Positions 1 through 9,039 of a DNA stretch of 64,000 bases are shown one piece after another. The stretch lies in NCBI GenBank assembly GCA_963751345.1, contig CAVVUS010000011.1, positions 1 through 64,000 of the forward strand, in the 5' to 3' direction. The translations under genes were made by a program, and so were the position numbers. The notes beneath the pieces are model-generated. The model made no database searches. It saw nothing but the letters and a program-made list of their open reading frames with translations, and was not told the origin of the DNA. Each line of letters starts with the position of its first letter. Within the stretch, counting starts at the first letter, position 1. Source of the stretch: an uncultured Chloroflexia bacterium (lineage in GTDB: Bacteria > Chloroflexota > Anaerolineae > B4-G1 > SLSP01).

Positions 1-108
1 TCGCTCCCGCCTATAGTAATTCCTTATGGGACATCAAGAGCTCTCTAGCAATAGAGGGCTCTTTTTGTTTTGGTTAAGTTTTCGGAAGATCCCTGGTAGG
101 CCTATAAG
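1..108 (+). repeat. tRNA-3'-end/terminator module, copy 1 (cut by the window edge; could be the real tRNA-Asp 3' end)
   Basis: TCGCTCCCGCC-TATAGTAATTCCTTATGGGACATC, then hairpin AAGAGCTCTCTA-GCAA-TAGAGGGCTCTT (36-63) with T-tract, then GGCCTATAAG; near-identical to copies at 3324, 5461, 7177, 8852, 12727, 18305. Confidence 0.9.
36..71 (+). terminator. Rho-independent terminator carried by the repeat module (also at 3368, 5505, 7221, 8897, 12771, 18349)
   Basis: 12-bp stem with one G-U pair, GCAA tetraloop, followed by TTTGTTTT. Confidence 0.85.
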
Positions 109-170
109 CGTCTCGTCGTGAAGTTTTCGATCCAGGGTTACGAGGTTACCGATAGGGATCGCCAATTCTC

Positions 171-241
171 ACCCAACGGACTGCGCAAGGCAAGTTCACC
201 GCGCTTGAGCACGTGGGTGCAAGCCGACGCAGACGTTGGTT
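171..241. mobile_element. attC-like integron cassette recombination site
   Basis: ACCCAAC (RYYYAAC) ... GTTGGTT; imperfect palindrome CCAACGGACTGC / GCAGACGTTGG with an inner hairpin. Confidence 0.5.
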
Positions 242-433
242 ATCGTTGCTTTCACGTCCTTGTGATTGTGACTCCTGAACAGGTTTGGCTATTGCAACGT
301 TGGCGTCAAGGAATTCATGGGTTTTTTGCTTTGATCTTCCATCTCGAAGCAGAAAACACCGTTGACGTCCACACCATCCTCATGTACCCTTATACCAAAA
401 ATCACCCGAGCTTGAAACTGAAAGGTGAGTACC

Positions 434-1192
434 ATGTTTACAAGAGCGATAACAAGGAAGCCCTGCCCAAACTTTGGGCAAGGCATTACTACATCCAATC
501 TGGGTGCACCTATCTATGCCCGAATGCAAGCGCTTCACAAAGCTTATATCGCTGCTCTTCAGGATGCTGGGTTGACTGTCATTGAATTGGCGGGCCTGCC
601 CGCATATCCTGATGCGTACTTCGTGGAAGATGTCGCGGTTGTTACGCCTGATGTAGCCGTAATTGCCCGTCCTGGTGCGCCGGCCCGACGGGGGGAAGAA
701 ATTGCAATGGAACCTGTCCTCGCCCAGCATCGGCCCATTGCCCGTATCGAAGCTCCGGGAACACTGGATGGCGGCGATGTATTGATGGTAGGGACTCATT
801 TCTTCATTGGCATCTCGGAGCGCACGAATCAGGCAGGGGCCGAGAATTTGGGGAACATTTTAGAGCAATACGGGAATACATGGACGGCCGTTCTCATCGC
901 TGACGGGTTGCATTTCAAATCGGATGTCAATTACGTGGGCGGAAACACACTTCTTGTCACAGAAGCCTTTGCCGGGCGACCGGAACTGTCCAGGTATGAT
1001 CAGATCGTTGTGGACGTGGATGAATCATATGCCGCAAATGTGTTGTGGGTAAACGGGCGCATCCTCATGCCAAGAGGTTTCCCTAAAACCAAAGAAAAAC
1101 TTCGCGAACTAGGAGCCGATATCATCGAGCTAGACACCAGCGAAGCCCAAAAGATGGACGGGGGGCTCACCTGCATGTCCCTCCGATTCTGA
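434..1192 (+). CDS. ddaH: N(G),N(G)-dimethylarginine dimethylaminohydrolase (amidinotransferase family)
   Basis: MFTRAITR start, PDAYFVED, LDGGDVL, LHFKS, C-terminal DGGLTCMSLRF with catalytic Cys. Confidence 0.85.
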   Translation: MFTRAITRKPCPNFGQGITTSNLGAPIYARMQALHKAYIAALQDAGLTVIELAGLPAYPDAYFVEDVAVVTPDVAVIARPGAPARRGEEIAMEPVLAQHRPIARIEAPGTLDGGDVLMVGTHFFIGISERTNQAGAENLGNILEQYGNTWTAVLIADGLHFKSDVNYVGGNTLLVTEAFAGRPELSRYDQIVVDVDESYAANVLWVNGRILMPRGFPKTKEKLRELGADIIELDTSEAQKMDGGLTCMSLRF

Positions 1193-1488
1193 TTTTGCCT
1201 GTTATGCGAGATGGAAACCCGTGGGGTTCAAAAATGGCTGTGGGGGACCCATAATTCATCCACCAGTAATTTAGTTCCTTTATGCTGAGTTATCAGACGT
1301 TCTCGGGAGATTTAACCAGGGGCCTGCGACAGCGAGGAGAGCAAACCTCCTCGAGCGCGGCCTATTCCGTCGGAAATCGAGCGGCAGAGCCGTTGCTCCA
1401 TGGGTCTTCCGCTTTGCCTATCCGTTCCAGTGGCAATACAGCATCCTCAAGGCTGCTGACCATTTCCGGTAGTGCGGACGAGTATATC

Positions 1489-1615
1489 TCCTAACGTGCA
1501 CCCGACCTGTGGAACTCGTTCCGCCATATTGAGATTTTTGCTTCTCGAAATATCTTGCCGGATAATGAGCTAAGTCGATGTCCCACCCACAGGCAGGTAA
1601 CGCAAACCGTTGGGT
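1489..1615 (-). mobile_element. attC-like site (degenerate)
   Basis: Minus strand reads ACCCAACGGTTTGCGTTACCTGCCTGTGG ... CCACAGGTCGGGTGCACGTTAGGA: R'' and R' boxes plus paired CCTGTGG/CCACAGG arms. Confidence 0.6.
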
Positions 1616-1697
1616 GCTTTCCTGCAGAATAAGCCAATTCAAGGAGAATAACGATGGCGAAAACCAAAGGCATTGAGAATATGGGCGGATCTGAGTT

Positions 1698-3185
1698 GTG
1701 CGCCGAATTAGCGATATGAACCGAATCATGAGGTACGACAGTTTCGACTTCAAAGCTGTAGAAACACAGATTTCCGTTGAAGTCGAGAGCGGAAAAATCC
1801 CATCAGCTGCGTTCTCGATTGCTAAGAACGGGAAGATTGTTCATGAGAATGCTTTTGGCTGGGCCGATAGGGAACAGAAGATTGCGGGTACAGTCGGGAC
1901 ACCCTATCCATTGGCCTCTGCGTCTAAACCCATCGTTGCTACTGCAATGATGATGCTACACGAGCGTGGTATCGTCGATATTCAAGCCCCCGCAAGTCAT
2001 TATGCGGGTAGTTGGTTTTCTCATCAAGAATTGGCTATAGCACATCCTGACTACTGCCTAAGGCAACTTCTCAACCACACTTCAGGACTTGGGACATACG
2101 CCCGTATCTACTGGAATGACCAGGATCTACCGGTTCAAAGCCTGGAAGACGCTTTTCACAAGTATGGGTTTCTAGCGCAGCCGCCCGGAACACTCTTTGA
2201 ATACTCTAATCTTGGATACGGTCTTATTGGTCACATCATCGAAGAGCAGAGCGGAACTAGCTTAACAGATTTCCTCAAGACCGAAGTATTCGAACCCCTC
2301 GGTATGATAGACTCAATGATGGTTGATGCATCCTCATCTCCTGCAAAGGCAGCGAGGAAGTATAGCGCGAGTGGGTTGCCTCTTATTGAGACGTATAATG
2401 ACACTCCCGGTGCGGGCAATGTGTTTGCAAGCGCTCATGATCTAACTCTATTTGGTCTCTTTCATCTACGCAGTACTGAAGACTCGCAATCTATGCTCAG
2501 TCAAGAAAATAAGCTGCTAATGCGGAGTTATGTTGAGCCAAAGGCAAGATACCCGTACTACAACGCATCACACTATGGTCTTGGCTGGTATTTCCGAACC
2601 AATTCCGATGGAAACTCTATCGTGTGGCACGAAGGGGGCATGCCAGGTGCAAGTGCGTTGATTCTTCTTCTTCCCCAGCAAGATATAGTCGTAAGCGTGG
2701 TAATTAATGCAACAGATGCAAATTCCCAAGCGCAGGCTATTGCTAGTTCCTTGATTCAAGTACTCGAACCGAGCAACCACTCCATCTCACTCGATGCAAC
2801 TGAAGGATTCGAAAGATACACTGGTCAGACTGAATTGCTTGGATGCTGGGAGGGACGCATCGTTCTCGGTGCGAATGATTTGCCTTGGACATTAACTTTT
2901 CAAGCTGATGGCTCACTTTCCGCCGAGTTTCCACAGCGCACCTCAAGCAATCTGCTTCCTGAACAGGTGGAATTTCCCGCTCTGGTAAATGATGATATGC
3001 TTGTAGCCACCTTCGCAACCACTTTGCCGGCGTCTGATATAGTCCAAGAACCCAATGGCTATGTTCTGCTTCGACTTTTGCACCGTGGAGATGAATTGTC
3101 CGGAGCTGCAATTGCCTACTCATCAGTACACCGGCTTGAGCATCTCTTACCTTTTAGGTGTCATTTGCGACGGAAGACTAATTGA
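1698..3185 (+). CDS. Serine hydrolase, beta-lactamase class C/PBP-like family
   Basis: SxxK (LASASK), LLNHTSG, FEYSN, WHEGG motifs; exact start uncertain. Confidence 0.85.
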   Translation: MRRISDMNRIMRYDSFDFKAVETQISVEVESGKIPSAAFSIAKNGKIVHENAFGWADREQKIAGTVGTPYPLASASKPIVATAMMMLHERGIVDIQAPASHYAGSWFSHQELAIAHPDYCLRQLLNHTSGLGTYARIYWNDQDLPVQSLEDAFHKYGFLAQPPGTLFEYSNLGYGLIGHIIEEQSGTSLTDFLKTEVFEPLGMIDSMMVDASSSPAKAARKYSASGLPLIETYNDTPGAGNVFASAHDLTLFGLFHLRSTEDSQSMLSQENKLLMRSYVEPKARYPYYNASHYGLGWYFRTNSDGNSIVWHEGGMPGASALILLLPQQDIVVSVVINATDANSQAQAIASSLIQVLEPSNHSISLDATEGFERYTGQTELLGCWEGRIVLGANDLPWTLTFQADGSLSAEFPQRTSSNLLPEQVEFPALVNDDMLVATFATTLPASDIVQEPNGYVLLRLLHRGDELSGAAIAYSSVHRLEHLLPFRCHLRRKTN

Positions 3186-3200
3186 CCCGCGCAGGTAGGT

Positions 3201-3265
3201 AAAGTGACCCCCATGTTATGGACCACGACAGGGGCAAAATAAGTGAGAATTCCGGCTTAGCAAGG
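3201..3265 (+). mobile_element. Solo IS3-family-like terminal repeat remnant
   Basis: AAAGTGACCCCCATGTTATGGACCACGACAGGGGCAAAATAAGTGAGAATTCCGGCTTAGCA; repeated at 7055 (direct) and 5751-5813 (inverted); resembles the IS3/IS150 IR pattern GTGACCCCC-N5-TGGAC. Confidence 0.5.
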
Positions 3266-3304
3266 CTGGTCGAGCGGTATGCCTCCTTGTAGGAGTCTCA
3301 CGGC

Positions 3305-3441
3305 CTGTATACACGCGCTTGCCCGAATCCCGTCGCTCCCGCCTATAGTAAGTCCTTATAGGACATCAAGAGCTCTCTAGCAATAGAGGGCTCTTTTTGT
3401 TTCTGGGGCAGTTTCTCGTCTGTGAGCGGTGGGCCTATAGC
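3305..3441 (+). repeat. tRNA-3'-end/terminator module, copy 2
   Basis: GTATACACG arm, CGAATCCCGTCGCTCCCGCC (3324-3343), terminator 3368-3395, GGCCTATAG 3432-3440. Confidence 0.95.
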
Positions 3442-3589
3442 ACGTGCCTTGAAGACGCAAGTGACCTGTAACTATCGGATCACGAAATATGCGCCAGCAC
3501 ACCACGTTTGTGTGATCACACTGATGCTATTCCGCTTTCTACAGTGTGGGTCGATGTCGAGACGGCCATGTGCGATCTACGAGCCTGCA

Positions 3590-3772
3590 AATCTCTTGGC
3601 CGAGACCGCGGTCATCCGCTATGCCTACCACTATTCGGGCCTGCGCAGCCTGGGGGTGATCGAGTTCGAGCCTCCGATCTTTGGCCCGAGCAGCAACGCC
3701 CGTCTGCACAGGGACATGGTCGTATCGGTGGACATTCCTATGTATAATGCCCCTTGGGGCGGATTGCCCAAT
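3590..3772 (+). pseudogene. C-terminal fragment of an M24 (Xaa-Pro) peptidase-like gene
   Basis: YSGLRSLGVIEFEPPIFGP...DMVVSVDIPMYNAPWGGL resembles the M24 C-terminal region; no start and no continuation. Confidence 0.4.
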
Positions 3773-4027
3773 CCGCCCTACGCCGTGGGTCAGGCCCGGC
3801 ACGTTTGGAGACGCGCCCCACGACTTGCGGAACCCAGGTTCGTCACAAGACTGGTTTTTGGTTGTGCTGGTCGAAAACTCTATCCGTTGGCTGGTTTGCC
3901 TGTTGGGGAATGTCGATCTGAATCTCTTGGGAATAGGGACACCGTGGACCGTGCACACACCTGTCGAGTGGTAGGGGCTGAGCTGTAGGAATCATTTATG
4001 AGTTCCCTGAGATGAGGAGGAATAGCA

Positions 4028-5374
4028 GTGGAGAAGCAGATTACGCACGAGGATGTCGCAAGATTTGGGGCTGGATTTGATGCCGAACCCAAGAACCGGT
4101 TGGCGCTGAACGCGGTGACCAAGAACGGTGTAGGTGCCGTCGCACTGAGCCGGGAAACGGTCAATCGCCTAGACCACACCTATTCGAACTTTGTCACGAC
4201 ACCGGAGGCCACTAACCAGCAGCGCAGTGGACGCTGTTGGCTCTTTGCGGGACTCAATTTTCTTCGCCTGGCAGCCATGTCCAAGATGAACCTGGAAAAG
4301 TTTGAGCTTAGCCAGTCCTATTTGATGTTCTGGGACAAACTGGAAAAGGCCAACTTTTTCCTTGAGACCATCATCGAGACGCGCGACGAACCTCTGGAGG
4401 GGCGGCTGGTCATGTGGCTGCTTGCCGACCCCCTGCCCGATGGGGGACAGTGGGATATGTTTGTGAACCTGGTCCAAAAGTACGGTGTTGTGCCCAAAAC
4501 GGCCATGCCCGAAACGTTCAGCAGCAGCAACTCTGGGGCGATGAACACATTGCTGGTGGCCAAGCTACGCGAATACGCCTGGGTTCTGCGCGAGATGTAT
4601 GCAGAGGGCGCTTCCGTCCAGGACATGCGGCAGACCAAAGAACAGCAGATGGCCGAATTCTACAGGATGCTCACGATTCACTTGGGCAAGCCGCCGCGAC
4701 AGTTTTTCTGGGAGTGGAGGGACAAGGACAAGGCCTTTCACCGGCACGCCGACATTACGCCGACGGCGTTTTTCGAGCACTACGTGGATGTCGACCTGGA
4801 TGACAAGGTGTGCCTGATCCATGCGCCCACCAAGGACAAGCCCTTCGACAAGACGTACACGGTACAGTACCTCGGCAACGTGGTAGGCGGGTACACCGTT
4901 CGTTATCTGAACGTCCAGATCGATGTGCTCAAAAAGGCTGCGGTGGACATGATTGTGGATGGCCAAGCCGTGTGGTTTGGCTGCGACGTGGGCAAGATGT
5001 TCGATCGAGATCTGGGCGTCATGGATCTGGAGATCTATGACTATGATCTGGTCTATGGGACCCAGTTTAGGCTGGACAAAGGGGGGCGGCTGGACTATGG
5101 GCACAGTCGTATGACCCACGCTATGGTGTTGACCGGTGTGGACTTGGATGATGCCGGTCAGCCGCTCAAATGGCGCGTCGAAAACAGTTGGGGTACCGAG
5201 GTTGGCGACAAAGGCTACATGATCATGAGCGATGCTTGGTTCGACGAGTACCTGTACGAGGTGGCCGTCAGTAAGCAGTATCTCGCTCCCGAGTTGGTTC
5301 ATCTATTGGACACAGAGCCGGTCGTGCTTCCGCCGTGGGATCCGATGGGGGCGTTGGCGACGGCGGGGGTCTAG
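4028..5374 (+). CDS. pepC: Aminopeptidase C / bleomycin hydrolase (peptidase C1B)
   Basis: NQQRSGRCWLFA (catalytic Cys), DGGQWDM, MTHAMV (His), VENSWG (Asn), C-terminal PWDPMGALA; SD GAGGAGG upstream. Confidence 0.95.
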   Translation: MEKQITHEDVARFGAGFDAEPKNRLALNAVTKNGVGAVALSRETVNRLDHTYSNFVTTPEATNQQRSGRCWLFAGLNFLRLAAMSKMNLEKFELSQSYLMFWDKLEKANFFLETIIETRDEPLEGRLVMWLLADPLPDGGQWDMFVNLVQKYGVVPKTAMPETFSSSNSGAMNTLLVAKLREYAWVLREMYAEGASVQDMRQTKEQQMAEFYRMLTIHLGKPPRQFFWEWRDKDKAFHRHADITPTAFFEHYVDVDLDDKVCLIHAPTKDKPFDKTYTVQYLGNVVGGYTVRYLNVQIDVLKKAAVDMIVDGQAVWFGCDVGKMFDRDLGVMDLEIYDYDLVYGTQFRLDKGGRLDYGHSRMTHAMVLTGVDLDDAGQPLKWRVENSWGTEVGDKGYMIMSDAWFDEYLYEVAVSKQYLAPELVHLLDTEPVVLPPWDPMGALATAGV

Positions 5375-5394
5375 GGTTCGCGGATGTTCTAACC

Positions 5395-5577
5395 TAGCAA
5401 GGCAGGGCGGGTAGTATGCCTTGTGGCAAGAATCTCACAGTCCGTATCCGCGTGGTCGAACGACTCCCGTCGCTCCCGCCTATAGTAAGTCCTTATGGGA
5501 CATCAAGAGCTCTCTAGCAATAGAGGGCTCTTTGTGTTTTGGGGCAGCTTCCCGGCTGCGAGCGGTGGGCCTATAGC
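5395..5577 (+). repeat. tRNA-3'-end/terminator module, copy 3
   Basis: CGACTCCCGTCGCTCCCGCC 5461-5480, terminator 5505-5532, GGCCTATAG 5568-5576; upstream arm shared with copies 2 and 4. Confidence 0.95.
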
Positions 5578-5750
5578 AGATGCCTTGAAGAGGCAAGTGA
5601 CCGGTAACTATCGGATCACGAAATACGCGCCGGCACACCGCGTTTGCGCGATGACACTGATGCTGCTCCGCTTTCTATCGCAGCGCTCTCCTCGCCAGGT
5701 TCCGGCCCACGCTGTCTCAGTCAAGGTCATCAGGATCCGGCAACCTTGGT

Positions 5751-5813
5751 CTGTTAAGCCGGAACTCTCACGTAGTCTGCCCCTGTCGTGGTCCATCGAA
5801 TGGAAGTCACCTT
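5751..5813 (-). mobile_element. Inverted copy of the IS3-like end
   Basis: Reverse complement AAGGTGACTTCCATTCGATGGACCACGACAGGGGCAGACTACGTGAGAGTTCCGGCTTAACAG matches the 3201 and 7055 copies. Confidence 0.55.
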
Positions 5814-5823
5814 GCTCAATATG

Positions 5824-5854
5824 AGAGCCCGCCACATTGTGGTGGGCTTCTTTT
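5824..5854 (+). terminator. Intrinsic terminator hairpin
   Basis: AGCCCGCCAC-ATT-GTGGTGGGCT followed by TCTTTT. Confidence 0.65.
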
Positions 5855-5935
5855 CGAGGTTCACTTACCGCGCAGCGGGCTAGATATCCAGCAACAACGA
5901 CTTGTGTACTTGAAGTCTCTCAGGATCCCTACAAC

Positions 5936-6577
5936 TCATATCTGTAGGAACTCGTATGTCAGGTTTTCAACTTTTGGCCATTCACGCTTTGTCACATCGA
6001 TGGAAATGCGATCTATTTCGAGTTGACCATAGACATCATTCGTTATTGACGCATATTCATTGAAGAAGTCCACAAAGCCATCGAATCCCGTCAGGTTTCT
6101 CTTCCGGCCATATGGCGTAGTATCAATGAAGCCGTCCAGTTTTTCTGACCATTCACCGCCCCGCAGTTTATATGTCTCTTTCAGGAAGGTTACGGCATTG
6201 TTCGCCGTATAGAGAACCAAGACAGGCGGAATATCCTTTATGATATTCTCAATCTTACGGCAAAATCCCACGATCTGATCTCGGGTACAGTCTATGAGAA
6301 GCATCTCTGCAATCGTATGTTGGAACCAGACGTACTCCATGACACACACCTTCTGTTGAGCGACAATGTCCGCAGATAGCTTTTCCCACTCCTGTAGGGT
6401 TCTAGCCGGCCATACACCGATGTCAGTAATGGCTCCCCTGTCAATCGGACTGGAATCCGAAGATTCCTGAATAAGGCATTTGTTTTCCACGCTTATTCGA
6501 TCGAACAGTTTCCTTGACATTGTCGTCTTGCCGCTTCCAGGAAGACCTTCGATCAGTATAAGTTTCGCATTTGTCAT
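5936..6577 (-). CDS. P-loop NTPase / nucleotide-kinase-like protein
   Basis: MTNAKLILIEGLPGSGKTT Walker A at the likely start (6577); the ORF extension to 6793 runs through the repeat and is probably spurious. Confidence 0.7.
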   Translation of the reverse strand: MTNAKLILIEGLPGSGKTTMSRKLFDRISVENKCLIQESSDSSPIDRGAITDIGVWPARTLQEWEKLSADIVAQQKVCVMEYVWFQHTIAEMLLIDCTRDQIVGFCRKIENIIKDIPPVLVLYTANNAVTFLKETYKLRGGEWSEKLDGFIDTTPYGRKRNLTGFDGFVDFFNEYASITNDVYGQLEIDRISIDVTKREWPKVENLTYEFLQI

Positions 6578-6654
6578 CTCTTGCACGTGTTCACCGTTCT
6601 CTGGTGCTCCTTTGGTTAGCGTAACATGATCTCTGAAAAATAACCCATAGCAAC

Positions 6655-6750
6655 CTGCATACACGCTCGGCGTCGAACCCCGTCGCTCCCGCTGGGTACA
6701 AAGTGTACTCAAGTTATGAAAGCCCACCAATGTGGTGGACTTTTTGTTTG
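6655..6750 (+). repeat. Divergent tRNA-3'-end module (copy 3b) with a different terminator
   Basis: GCATACACG arm, TCGAACCCCGTCGCTCCCGC 6673-6692, then hairpin AAAGCCCACCA-ATG-TGGTGGACTTT with T-tract. Confidence 0.8.
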
Positions 6751-7054
6751 TCCGAAAATGTGATTGCGGGAGCGATTGAGGCAAAGATGGCATTAGGTTG
6801 CCCTAACTTGCCGACGACTGTTTCGCCTAGGCCTCCATAGGCAATACCTCAATGATGAACCGGCACTGTGTCGGGTTATCTCCTCGATGGGCACAAGAAT
6901 AGGGCTTGATCTCAGGATTAGTTCTACTTGGTGCATTATCTGCCTTTCCAGTTGAGATTGCCCATCGAGCCGAGCGTGCCACGTCCGTGGCTTTCAGATA
7001 CTGGATCTGGGTGGACGTTTCGCCCAAAATCAACTTGTCCTATAATCCTAGAAT

Positions 7055-7293
7055 AAGGTGACCCCATGTGTTGGACCACGAACGGGGCAAAATAAGTGAG
7101 AATTCCGGCTTAGCAGGGCAGGGCGGGTCGTATGCCTTCCGGCACGAATCTCACGATCCGTATACGCATGGTCGAACGACTCCCGTCGCTCCCGCCTGCA
7201 GGAATCCCTTATGGGACATCAAAAGCTCTCTAGCAATAGAGGGCTCTTTGTGTTTGTGGGAGACACGGGGGCAGTCTGGGTTGGGCCTATAGT
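7055..7293 (+). repeat. IS3-like end plus tRNA-3'-end/terminator module, copy 4
   Basis: IS-like end from 7055, CGACTCCCGTCGCTCCCGCC 7177-7196, terminator 7221-7248, GGCCTATAGT 7284-7293. Confidence 0.95.
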
Positions 7294-7420
7294 GGTGGAC
7301 AACACCAGAAGCGGCGAACAGCCGGCTGTGCACGATCTTCTATGAGTTCGAACCACATCCCCTTGAAAGTGCGGCCGACGACAGCTGTCGTCGGCCGCTG
7401 ACTCTGATACGCCGCGCAGC

Positions 7421-8581
7421 CTAGTCGAACTTGACGCGGTTCGTCTCGTGTTTCTCGATCCAGTTCCAATCGAACTCCACACCCAGGCCAGGCCCTTCCG
7501 GCGCATATACGTTGCCCTGCGCATCGATGGCTTCCAGGCTGTCTTCGTAGTTGGTGTAGATCTGGGAGGTGAAGGTGCCTTTGTTACACGGGTGCACGAG
7601 GCCCATCTCATAGTAGTTCGTGTTGCGAATCGAGGTCATACAGTGCCGTTGAGCCGGGCCGGGACCGTGCATCTCGATGTCGATGCCCAGACCCTCACTG
7701 GCGTGGGCCAGTTTCATCACGCCGGTGATGCCGTCATAACCCACATCGCCGCGAAGGAAATCAGTCGCATCCGCCAAGGCGAAGTCGACGTGTGGTTCGA
7801 GCGTGCGCACGTGCTCTGTGAGCAGCAGGGGCGTGCGGATCATCTGTCGCAGCTTGCGGTGGGCGAACTGCGAGATGCCGCCGTCCTTGTAGGGGTCCTC
7901 CAGCCAGAAGAACTTCTCCTCGTCGCACGCCCACCCGACCTTGAGCGCGTCGCCGAAGGTCTCCAGCTCGCACGCGGGATCGATCAGCAGGTCCATTTTG
8001 CCGCCGACGCGCCGGCCTACCTCGTGGATGTTGGCGATCTCGAGGTCGGTCTCCGAGTTGCCCCAGCCGTGAATCTTGAACGCGGGATAGCCCATCTCCA
8101 GACAGCGTTCGGCGAAGTCGGCGTAGGCCTGCGGGGAGTCGAGGCCGCCATTGTGGTCGCCGTGCGTGGTGCTGGCATAGCAGGGCAGGGGTTTGATATG
8201 CCCACCGAGGAGTTCATAGACGGGCGCATTGTAGTACTTGCCTGCGAAATCCCAGAGCAGGACGTCGATCTGAGCCATACCCATGCGCGCCTGTTGGCGC
8301 AAGGCGCGCTTCAAGTCCTGGTAGATACGCTCGCGCTCCAGGGGATTCTTGCCCAGCAAGTAGTCGCGGTAGCGCGCCTGGGCCACCAGCCCGGCGCCTC
8401 CGGCGATCTCACCTGTCACGCCGACGCTGGTGTACATACGCAGCACCGAGCCCTGGCGCGGAATCGTGCTGCCTTTTTCATAGACCGTGTTGAACCCGTT
8501 GTAGTCGGTGCCCATATCCTCCATGGGCGGCAGGTCGAACTGGATCACCTCGAAGCCCGTGATTCTAGGTTTCTCACCCAT
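7421..8581 (-). CDS. Mandelate racemase/muconate lactonizing enzyme family (enolase superfamily), probable sugar-acid dehydratase
   Basis: IDVLLWDFAGK, PVYELLGG, FKIH, WLEDP, PEGPGLGVEFDW motifs. Confidence 0.9.
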   Translation of the reverse strand: MGEKPRITGFEVIQFDLPPMEDMGTDYNGFNTVYEKGSTIPRQGSVLRMYTSVGVTGEIAGGAGLVAQARYRDYLLGKNPLERERIYQDLKRALRQQARMGMAQIDVLLWDFAGKYYNAPVYELLGGHIKPLPCYASTTHGDHNGGLDSPQAYADFAERCLEMGYPAFKIHGWGNSETDLEIANIHEVGRRVGGKMDLLIDPACELETFGDALKVGWACDEEKFFWLEDPYKDGGISQFAHRKLRQMIRTPLLLTEHVRTLEPHVDFALADATDFLRGDVGYDGITGVMKLAHASEGLGIDIEMHGPGPAQRHCMTSIRNTNYYEMGLVHPCNKGTFTSQIYTNYEDSLEAIDAQGNVYAPEGPGLGVEFDWNWIEKHETNRVKFD

Positions 8582-8834
8582 TTTGCTGCTCCTTTCGGTT
8601 CCGGCGTGGTGGTAGATAGAGTCTAGTCCTTAGCAGGGCATCGTCCATATGTACATTGTAGGCCATTCTGCCGTCAGCGGGCGGTGACCTTGCCTCGTGG
8701 GGTAAGCCAGTCAGAATGAACTGCATGTTAAGGCACAGAGGGTTACGCGCGTGTAATTGCTCCGACGTACTTGTCGCGGTCTGGATAGCATTCTGATCAT
8801 CGCTCCCAACGCGCTGGGAGGTACACAACCAACC

Positions 8835-8948
8835 GCATACACGTGATCGAACGAGTCCCGTCGCTCCCGCCTATGGTAGAGTCCTTATGGGACATCAAGA
8901 GCTCTCTAGCAATCGAGGGCTCTTTTTGTTTTTGGGGTGGCCTATAAT
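8835..8948 (+). repeat. tRNA-3'-end/terminator module, copy 5
   Basis: GCATACACGTGATCGAA arm, CGAGTCCCGTCGCTCCCGCC 8852-8871, terminator 8897-8924, GGCCTATAAT 8939-8948. Confidence 0.95.
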
Positions 8949-9039
8949 GCTTGTGGCGTTCAACGGCCCGTGACCCGGATCCTAGCTCCAACCCGGGTCC
9001 GGAGATGAGACTTCACGATATCTAGGGGCAGGAGTTCTG

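Noticed and set aside
1698-3185. Calling the serine hydrolases beta-lactam resistance genes
   Set aside because: They have only the generic SxxK/YxN fold motifs; most such proteins are esterases or peptidases.
3324-3343. The tRNA-like repeats as functional tRNA genes
   Set aside because: Only the last ~20 nt are present; there is no D-arm, anticodon arm or 5' acceptor strand upstream. Copy 1 cannot be judged because it is cut by the window edge.
3422-3988. 188-aa ORF, and the 109-aa ORF at 5495, as real genes
   Set aside because: They are translations through repeat and leader DNA and gene scraps; their mutual similarity comes only from the nucleotide repeat.
7448-8626. Long + strand ORF (392 aa) and similar shadow ORFs (4565-5302, 42952-43803, 50709-51599, 56703-57707)
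   Set aside because: Antisense shadows of well-supported GC-rich genes, with no recognisable motifs.
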